64,000 bases of DNA from Lobosporangium transversale (lineage: Eukaryota), in contig NW_019029006.1 in the NCBI RefSeq assembly GCF_002105155.1, forward strand, positions 124,001 to 188,000. The letters are read 5' to 3'. The translations under genes were made by a program, and so were the position numbers. The stretch's first letter is position 1. Each line of letters starts with the position of its first letter. The notes beneath the pieces are model-generated. The model was not told where the DNA came from. It ran no database searches and saw only the letters and a program-made list of their open reading frames with translations. Of the stretch, positions 42,879 through 52,700 are shown one piece after another.

Positions 42879-44216
42879 ATGAAGTTCTTCAAAACTACTC
42901 TAGCGGCTGTTGGAGTGCTTACTCTCTTGGCTGCACCAGTCACAGCTCAGTACGAACAGTATGTCCAAGAGCAGCAGCAGCAGCAGCAACAACAGCAACA
43001 GAAATCTGCTACTTCAGAGAAACACGGTGTTGCTGGGCTTATGGATCTTGCCAAAGCGCTTCTTATTGGAGGCAGCCCACCTCCTGTTCTCTTTGTTGAC
43101 GATCCCACCGGAGCAATTACAAACATCACTGATGCCAACTATAAGGATACTATTTTTGAAGACGAGTGGATCATCGCCTTGTAAGTTCCGAACTTGAAAA
43201 GGGAGAAAGTGAAAGAAACAAAATAGATGAAAGGCATGAGTGATTATTAGAAAGAGTTAGTTGGCTGACATGTACTCTTTTCTTTATAAAATCCATCATT
43301 CTAGCTGTTCTTTCTCCTCCGCACCTTGCGCTGACTATTTCCCAACCTATCTCGATGCTGCAGTCACCATGCAGAATGAGACACAGACAAAGTTCGCAGC
43401 AGTTTGGGTTGAGGAGAATCCTCGTCTCTCTGCTCGCTTTATTGTCCCTGCTCGTCTCCCATATGTTATCTATGCCAAGGATGGAGACTGTAGGCTCTTT
43501 TTTTTTTTTTTTTTTTTTTTTTCTTCCTTATTATTAATGGAATTGCCTGGAAAGCTAACAAGATGTATTAATGTTTTATTGAAATAGTTCGTCATATCCC
43601 CTATGTCCGCAACGATACCCAGTATTTAATCACCTTCATTGAAGAGGAAAAGTATAAATTCTACTCTGTGTTGGATGGACCTATGGGACCTTACTCTACT
43701 ATGTGAGTAGTGTTCACATTATTTGTCACAATGTTCTTTTAGCTGTTTTTATTATTTTAACCAGACATTAAATTATCATTTTCAACTGACCACTGTATCC
43801 TATTCAATTGATATTCTAGCTCCAGTTATTTTGTAAAGTACGCAGAATTCATGGAGTGGGTCGGCAAGTACACCAGCTGGATGCCGTAAGTGAAGATGCC
43901 TTGAATTTCTGCTGCTTTTGCATAGCACTGTTCTAATAGCTGTTTAACATTAATTCTCTCTATCTTTTGGTAACTTCATAGTAAATGGCTTATCTACATC
44001 ATTGCTGGCTCCACTTCCGGAATGGTTTTCTCATTCTTCTCGGGTGGATCCAACTACTCAAGTGATCCTTCCAAGTATCCTCACTTGAATCCCGATGGTA
44101 CATTGAAAAAGGTTGTTGACCCTGCTGCTGCGCCCTCGGGAAGTAGCACCTCTACCAAAACCACCAAGACAACAACTACGACTACGACCAAGAAGCGCTC
44201 GGCCAAGAAGGCATAA
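42879..44216 (+). CDS. TMX-like ER membrane thioredoxin-fold protein (multi-exon)
   Basis: Signal peptide, poly-Q, ITDANYKD...EWIIAFCSFSSAPC, EENPRLSARFIVPARLPYVIYAKDG (TMX1-like), C-terminal TM segment and Lys-rich tail. Confidence 0.75.
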
Positions 44217-44544
44217 AAAAAGAAAAAAATGCATAGCATGTCTTTTGACAAAACATACACATTCTCTCTCGTTCTTATATATAGTTAACTTCAACATAAA
44301 CTTAATAAATTATGAATAGCGCCATTAACAATTTCATTGGAAATATTAAGTGCGTTTTTAACTCTATATTTACACAAATGATTAATAATTACAGACAAAG
44401 TAAAGAATGTTTTGTGCTCTTAACGCGCTCGTTATTGATCCCCTTCAGATGGAAACGCTGGAAGATAAAGAGGGACATTGTGATTATGAGGGAGGCGAAG
44501 AGAAACTGCATCCTGGCAATAAGCCGGACACGTCAAACGGTGCT

Positions 44545-45120
44545 CATTTGTAATACATTCAAAGACATCAAGGCATAATTGATTTCTATCTTTTTTTTTT
44601 TTTTTTTTTTCTTCATTAATAGGACCACCTCATTGATCTTTTAACAAAACAATGGACACGTCTCGATAATAAGGTCCGGTTCATTTTGATGATTATTTCT
44701 GGTGAACTTCAAGTCCAAAACCGCAAGAAAGCACTCATTGTTCAGGATATGCATATGAAAGGTTTCACAAGGATCCAGGATTTAGATATAGAGGTGGATC
44801 AGGCAGTAGTTCCTGACCCAGGCGCCGTTAAACCCAAGGTTGAAAATGGAAACGAATTTGATTATCTTCTCAAGATGGCCATCTGGAGTCTGACCCACGA
44901 GAAAGTTGAAGAACTCAAGAAGGAGCGTGACATGAAGAATGCGGAACTGAAGCTGCTGATCGACAAGTCTGCATACGATCTCTGGAATGAGGATCTGGAC
45001 GCGCTTATGGCAGCATGGGAGGCGTTATTACAGGCTGATATTGACGAAGCTAACTACATGGGTAACAAAGGTAAAAAGCCGATATCTTAAGATCATGGCA
45101 GAGCTTTAGGTGAAGGTATC
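44545..45120 (+). pseudogene. Inverted partial duplicate of TOP2 (3' part of the last intron plus the C-gate/dimerisation exon segment); ORF 44689-45090
   Basis: Reverse complement of ~18660-18050. Identical over 44611-45021 by line-by-line comparison, with one substitution at 45022, a 6 nt deletion, then decay. Retains the poly-T tract and TAG acceptor, so it is a DNA-level copy and not a retrocopy. Confidence 0.95.
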
Positions 45121-45181
45121 GAGTTTTATATCCAAGGCTCGCGTCAGGTTGTCTGTCAATGCATCACTGGTTCAGCCATAG

Positions 45182-45221
<40 letters not shown>

Positions 45222-46079
45222 GAGTAATACTTAAAGCTCGAATGCTCTAACAAGTTACCTCTTTTCTCTGCAGTGCAGACCAAGTCATGGCCGCACTGAG
45301 AGCTCTTCTCGTCCAGCACCCGCAGTTATGCATTTTGAGAATTACTGGCGCTAAGAGTCAAAGAAGTACTGGCATTGACACTCTTCTTATACCGAAGACT
45401 AGATCAAAGTCTGGGCTGATCTGCTCCTCTGGTATTAGGCTTTGGCTATTGTTGGACAAAGGTGATTTTTAGATGGGGCCCAGCTAATGAGGAACAGGAA
45501 CCAGGGCTGGTGAAGCGAAGCAGAATGGAAGAGGTGCTGATTAGAGAATGGAGGAGTAAGAAAGAGTAGAGCAGTGGAGAAGAATAAAACTATTTTGACG
45601 GCCTCAGCGCGGATTCAATGAGGAATGGGTAAAGTGCGCCTCTAAATAGGTTATGATCCGGCCACAATGGAGACGGGTTTGGATCATGTATTTTTTCCCT
45701 TAAAATCCATAAGTTAATTACAACATTGATAATAAGGGTCAAGCTTATATTTCTAGCTGTAAGAAAAATCGTGACACGTAGCAGATGGCTGTTCATTTTA
45801 TATTGAAAGCTCTTTCCTCTCATAGACTCAATGAGAAATAGACTAGATATATATCTTTAAGAGCACCAGCTAATATCACTAGGGAAAAAAAGACGCGTTT
45901 ACTCAGTATCTAATGACGGATGCCTGGAAACTAACAAAGATAATTAAGTACAAAGACAGATAAAATTATATTGAGCCTTTCCTTTTACCCATTGAGTAAT
46001 ACATGCTAATCTAACATTCTGCTGTTTGCATTTGCCTACGATTGCCACAATAACAAAGACACTTTTCCCCTAGTCCAAT

Positions 46080-46800
46080 AAGGGTCGATGAACTGTGCAG
46101 AATAGTCAAGGGATGTCAAAATGTAAAAACCAAGGTGGAGGTAATAGGTAACTGACGGTTTGGTTTCGACAAGCACACTACAGTATTCTAGTCGAACTTT
46201 GGTAAAGAGGAGGAGAAGTGAAGAAGAAGGATGAAGAGCGGCGTTAACCATAAAAGAGTGGCGTCAACTCGAGGACATGTATTTTGAGTGTTACTTTTCT
46301 GGGGTAAGTTTGTACAATAATTGAAGCCAAGTAAGCTTTATCACTTTATTAACACGCTATGTTCTTCAAAGCTACAAAAAGAGATGCGTAGAAAAGACAC
46401 CAAGTTTATTGTTGGTTTTCTCGGACAACAGACTGACTTAGCTTTATTTTATTTTGTTCAAAGTAGGTGCTATGCACTATGTTGAATGTACTAGAAGATC
46501 AAGACTATGTTCTATATCGTTTTATCTCTTCACCCATCCTTCTTTTTATAATGGGCAAGAGTCTTGAGATACGTAGTTGTTGGGATCAACGAGCTCTACA
46601 CGTCCAAAAAGCGCTCTGTCTGCCAGAAATTTGTGACATCCACCTTTATTTACCCCAGGTCTACGACATCATGAACGTTGTTCACTACAAATCTATCTAC
46701 CAACAGCGCCTCCTTTGCTTGCAATCAAAGGATACTCTATGCATTTGTTCTTGGTTATGTGGTAGCCGCAGTAGCGGTAGTTGTGTCTATCGGTAGTGCA
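46080..46800 (+). mobile_element. Decayed Fanzor/TnpB-like nuclease gene remnant (frameshifts, stops)
   Basis: Frame from 46522 reads LSLHPSFFL*WARVLRYVVVGINELYTSKKRSVCQKFV, matching the RuvC-II Glu plus TSxxCxxC zinc-finger start. Downstream IMNVVH...QQRLLCLQSKD...SW and upstream FFKATKRDA*K and KVEVIG are colinear with fungal Fanzor motifs as I recall them. Confidence 0.6.
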
Positions 46801-47036
46801 GGTGATAAAAAAAAAAATGACGTAATTTAGGCTGCATTAGAGCAAGGCTTTTTGAACCCAGAGCAAGGAGCATCCATTTTTTGTCCCAAACGCCAAGACA
46901 TCATCTTTCAATTCGCGAGCAGCGAAATCAACCATCGCAACACGTACGATAGGGAGAAGTGCCAGGACATATACGGCGAAAGCAAAATACAATAAAGCAT
47001 AGCATCTACATACATTCACACTTACACATACGCGCA

Positions 47037-48299
47037 ATGAGCAATCACCACACTCGAGTCGAACCAGATGACTTTTTGTCACCTGCAGCACCAAGCTATG
47101 TCGAGGCGACATCTTATTCGGACACATATGACAACCCATTCGAGACAAACATTCCTCAACGCATGAACTCACCGTCTATTGAGCCTGATGATGTACCTCT
47201 TCCTGGACAGAAGCCCCTCAGCCCAACCAGGAGCTCCTTGCCCAAAGTTTCTGGAAATATTGGCTCCAACAGTCAAAGCAATGGTGGTGGCAGCAGTAGC
47301 AATAACAACAATCTCAGTGGGAACATTGGTAGCGGTGCCAGCCTCAGCACTGGGCAGGCTATGATGGGGAGTGCTATTGATACCCTAGACGAGCCTGTGT
47401 CTGAAACTCTTGTAAATATTCATGGAATAACCAAGCACGGTTGCATTGTTAAAAGAAAGGCGTATTGCTTATGTGCAGCCTTTATTATTTTTATATTTTC
47501 ATTTTATTATTTAATATTAGCTCCGCGACCTACGTAATGTCGGCGCCAAACTTCAGCAAGTTTTGTACCCCAAGGGGCGCAAGGATATTCTCAAAGATTG
47601 TAATGCTTTCAAATCTGATCTGCCTGCCATCGCCTCTCATGTGTATGATCAGTATGATAGATCTAATATTCAGGTTATCTTTGCGTGATCTGTGTCAATA
47701 GGGGATCTCTGGGGCCCGCTTTTGATGTGTTTAACTCTGTCTATGTAAGTTGAAGGATAATGTCATATGCTGATAGTTCGTCCTTTTAAGACAATGAGGC
47801 TAATCAGTTTTATTCCTTTCATGGATTACTAGTGTCTTAAGTACCAGGGCACCAACAGAGCAAAAGATTACAGTATTTACCTGGATTTTCATCATTGTCT
47901 GGCTTGGATCGGCCGTCGTCACAGTTAATGCCAAGCTTCTCGGAGGAAGAGTGTATGTTGTTTTACCACGTTGCATGGCTGTGTGTGCCGAAGTTATTCA
48001 GCCACATCAGATTGTAGGCTGATTTTTTTTTTTTTTTTTTTTTGGCTATTAGATCTTTTTTCCAAAGTGTTTGCGTGATCGGATACTGCTTGTTCCCGCT
48101 TGTGCTTGTCAGTGTGGTATCTATATTTGTGGGCTCCCTCATCATCCGACTACCATTGTGTATCGTAGCCTTTGGTTGGGCTGCCTGGGCCTCTTTGGGA
48201 TTCCTATCTGACTCAAATCTCGCCAACCGCCGTGCCCTTGGCGTTTATCCTTTATTCTTATTCTACTTTGTTATTGCCTGGATGATTCTCATTTCATAA
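47037..48299 (+). CDS. YIPF6: Yip1-domain protein YIPF6/Yip4 (multi-exon)
   Basis: DTLDEPVSETL|LRDLRNV, DWDLWGPLLMCL, VTVNAKLLGG, SFFQSVCVIGYCLFP, RRALGVYPLFLFYFVIAWMI. Confidence 0.93.
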
Positions 48300-48514
48300 T
48301 CGTAATATGCAACTCAAGGGCGAACGAGATATAATAGGAGGCAAAAAAGGCGTCGGTGGTATTGAAATGTTTCGAAACAGCATGAAGCGTATACCGAAAA
48401 GATAGTGCTAGCGTTGTATAGTTTCATTTCTTCTTTTAAAACAAACTTTCTCAACCAGTAGTAATGTTATTGCCTACTATACTCAAAAATTCTCATGCAT
48501 CTGTCATAAGGCCC

Positions 48515-49319
48515 CTAGGTAGACATTTTTCGAATAACATTCTCAACCAGTTCCGGAAAATGATGATTTTTGATAAAGTGGCCACGTTCTGGGAGTTCAA
48601 TATAGTCGATCCCTAAGATTTTGCTTGCTACCTCGCGTTGTTCCTCGATGGGAACCAGATGATCATCTGGACTCGCTGTAGTAAAGAGTTTAGTGATTGA
48701 AAGGCAAAGAAAAGTCAAAAATTAATCGTTCTTCACCGAATAATCTTCACTGTCTCTGCTCTCTAATGAAGCACATACAAAACTGGGTAATCCACTCGGT
48801 GTTAGCCCTCATAGAATTCCAATTCCATGCCCTATTGAAATATCCTGCTTCTCGCTAAAGAAGCGTAAAAGCCTTTTAGTTTTGGGGCCTCAAGAATGGC
48901 AATGCAAATTGTGTGCTTATGTGGAGACAAAAGCGTTGCTGTGTCATGTATGAATGCTCAAAATCGGTTGTTCATACTTCAGAGGGATCACCGAGGTCGG
49001 AGTGATATGCACTCACAAGGACAACACCCTTAACCTTCCGAGATTCGATGTATCTCATAATAGCAGCTGCTCCACTGCTATGACCAATGACTACATCCTG
49101 TTCATTAATCCCAATGGTATCTTCCATAAAGGGTATCCAAATCTCTTCGTGCGCTTCATAGGGGTCAGGAAATGTGCGTAGGACATTCCCACCTGGAAAC
49201 AACAGGTGACCTGTCTTTGGGTGTTTTGCGGCTGTGAGCGCGTTAATGACAGAGGGATACCACATGGAAATTTCGACTTGATCGTTTCCATTGCCTGGTA
49301 CGAGGATGATGCGCGACAT
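48515..49319 (-). CDS. RBBP9: RBBP9/YdeN-family serine alpha/beta hydrolase (3 exons)
   Basis: ILVPGNG, WYP, FPDPYEAHEEIWIPFM, IGHSSGAAA nucleophile elbow, SPDDHLVP, RGHF. Confidence 0.9.
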
Positions 49320-49731
49320 GATGCTTGGTGTTCACTGACGAATTGGAGAGCCCATGATGGTTGTGGAAAAGACACGCGTCGCGTTTTGGTCGATGCCAAT
49401 TTAGCCCCTTAATATACCGACCAGTCACCATGCTCAAAACCCATAAACAGAGATGGAGATCAATCATTAAGGACAACTTTCATCCCTTCTGTTCTCATTA
49501 CCCTCCCTTCTTTATTGCTCACCTATCCATTCCATTCATTCTAGATCCTGTATCAGGAAGAAGGAATAGCAATTTTCATTCACTCATTCCGACCATCACA
49601 TTCACCCTTTCTCTCTTCAGGTAGTCACCGTTTTTGCTGTCTTTGGCGCCGCGAACGATACGCGTCTGGCGATAGAAATAACGCCCCGCATCCTGAGCCA
49701 AATCAACACATTTCGACCGACACTCTAAGGA

Positions 49732-52700
49732 ATGGAACAACAACAACAATGGATTCCGGCTTTTGAGGAGCTTGCCGAAAATGTCTCCAAAGCATTGCTC
49801 TCAGACTCACATGAGTATGTTCACGGTGTTGTGCGTCAATTAGAAACTCATAAGCAATCTATCATCACTCTTCTGGAGATACCTGCACCTAATGTCGGCC
49901 ACAGAGCTCAGCTGAAGCTTGGTATGGATAAATGTGTCTATCCCACTAGCACCTTTCTCTCACTTTCTTATTCTCATTTCTTTCCTTTTTGCTTTTTGTT
50001 GTTGGAAGGTAACTTGAAGGTTAAAATGACTCTCCTCTTTCGCCTAATCTAACTTTAAACATTTCTTTAGGCTCGCCGAAAATCAATGGCAGGGTACGCA
50101 CAGTCAATGAGGATTTTATCTCAGAAGCCATTCTTTTGTCAGATCAACTGGAGCTTGATGAATATATTGCTTCTTCACTTCTTGACTATGGTATCGAACG
50201 GAGAGCACGATTCGACCGTACAGCTATTGAAACAGCCATTATTTTGTTCCACAGAGAAAAAATCGCAATGCTCCATATCATTCATGCCATTTTGGATACG
50301 TCAAGTACTTATGATGCACCTACAGAGTTCAGCAGGGCAATAGTCAACTTCAGAGACGATCTCTTGCAAAGTAACTTAGGCAGTAAGGCCCTCAATTTGA
50401 TCGAGAATCTAGAGAAGAAGGCAACAGCTCTCAAGAATGCAATGACTGAGACGTCAACATTGGTGGCACAGCTCGGCATGCCCATAAACGAAGATCGTCT
50501 TGATTTCATCAAGCAGGAGCGCGTTCTAGTTGCCACAATCATGTTTGATATTGCATTTTGCCACGAGCTACCTGCTTCAACGGTTAAATCTACTATTATA
50601 ACCCTGAAGAAAATGAATCTTTCTGATCCACTCGCCATATACCTCACTGTCACTGTCATGGCAGCCTTCGAGGTTTCTCCAGAACATATGCGAATCCGTG
50701 GAAAGTCCAGCGATGATTTTCCCATCTACATGGCTCAAGAGACAATCTTTACTGACTACGCGAGTTTCATCACGGAAAAGAATTGGGCTGTCCCTGCTAT
50801 CGGAGCTGTTATCTTGTTGCAATTTAGTCTATGTATCGGAAATGTCTACCAAAATCGTGGGAACGGCCTGTCAGAGGATGACCTTCAAAGAGTGACTGAG
50901 AACGCTGTTACGTCAGATGCATTTCAATTTATCGCCAATTATATCCTTGGATTCAAGTCGCAGGTGGTGATCAATGGAAACGAGATTGAGGTCCCTTTTA
51001 AGATGTCCAATGCATCGTTGGGTATTTTGGATCAAAATACTGATGGGTTTGAAACTACCGTTGGTAAACCTGTTGCAGTTCGGATGGCTGTTGATGTGCA
51101 AGACCAAATTCTTGTCTTGCTCGAGATGACGATGCGTGATTTCATTATCACTATGCAAACGCTGCTTCGAAAGATCAAGCACAGAGAAGAGGATGTGGTC
51201 GCTCACCAATCATCACTGCGACAATCACAGATGCAATTAGCACACAGGAACGACCTTGATGCATTATTTACTGTCGTTGCTCTTTTGTACAAAGGACGTC
51301 CTGAGGCAGGGATCCGTTTTTGGCCCAATAATGATGATAGACTTTACAGGTTCCTCAAGTGGGGTGTCGATTGCAAGAATACAGCGCGTTCATTCTTTGA
51401 TATGCTGGGGTCACTTGCTACTGGGCCTCAATGCGCTCACTATGCTTATGAATTTTTGAAGAGTAATGGAGGTCGCTACGGGACACAAGGCTCAGCAACG
51501 CCCAACACTCTATGCTCTTGGGGGAAGCTTTTTGAGGCTGTTGACTATTACACAGAGAGACTTAATGCTGAAATTAGTGCCGGGGGACAAGTGGAAAAGA
51601 TCCTACCAGAAGAGGAGGCGCTCCTTAAATCGTTCTTGCATCTTCTTAGTGTTGTAGCTCAGTACTCCGCAGTTGCTCGCTCCGCCATGAACGATTCTAA
51701 ACAGTATCAAGTTATCCATTCACTCTTTCGTTTCTTCATCTGTCCGATCTCTGTGGACCTCAAGGCTAGTATCTTGGATGCTATTGCGGCATTCGCAACA
51801 CCTTCAACTAATAGGAGCGAGACTATTAACATGATATGGGATTATTTGGAGCAAGCAAGAATCCTACCTAAATCATATGCTACACCTTCGCCTGAGCAGA
51901 CACTTTCCGCTGGCGACAAGGGTCCAGTTGTTGCGACGTCGCCTCGTCAAGAACAGGAGAGCTTGGATACTGGAATCGACTATGATATTGAGGAGATTGA
52001 AGCCGCAAATAAGACATTCCCTGAAACTCTCTCGTTCACTCGACTTTTGTGCAATTTGATCCAAGTACCTTTAAACCCAGAGGAGCTTTTGTCTGGCGGG
52101 TCTCCATCGATTTCGTCACAACTTGGATCCAGTTACCGCCAGCCTGGAGTCATCCCTTACGTTCGATTTGTATTGGATAAAATCTTTGTCAAAGCTCTTA
52201 ACAGAACATACCGTGTCACGAACGAAAAATGGAAGGTCGTTGACTCCTGTCTTTGCTTCATGGAGCGATGCCTTCTTTCTTTCGACATTGGTTCTTTTGT
52301 GATTGGAGAGTCCCTCAAAAAGGATCAAGACGACACCAGTATCGAGGCGCAAAGGAAAAACGTTCTTCGCGCTTCTTTGCATCCTGCGTTTGAAGTGTTG
52401 ACGCGTCTCCTTTCAGGTGGAGACGTATTGCATGAAATATTTAGAGTCATCGGGACTGGCGTAGACATTCTGAATAAGGAAGATAAAACAACGCCTTACT
52501 TGAAATCTTCAATCCTTAGATGCTTCAGGATCGTGACCAAGACCATGCAGCTTCAGGATGTTTTCAAGGAGTATATTATCCAGATTCTATTATCATCTGG
52601 TAGCAGAAATTCAGTTTTATCATCGCTAGCACCAATGGAGCAACATTTAGCTTTTAGCCATGCCTCTATTGTTGATATTGCATGCTACATTAACTGTGAT

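Noticed and set aside
45182..45220. Poly-A after the TOP2 copy as a retroposition tail
   Set aside because: The copy retains intron sequence, and such runs are ubiquitous in this genome.
46829..46838. GGCTGCATTA after the Fanzor relic also occurs in TOP2 (~21786), suggesting a guide-target pair
   Set aside because: Only 10 nt, compatible with chance, and the element end is undefined.
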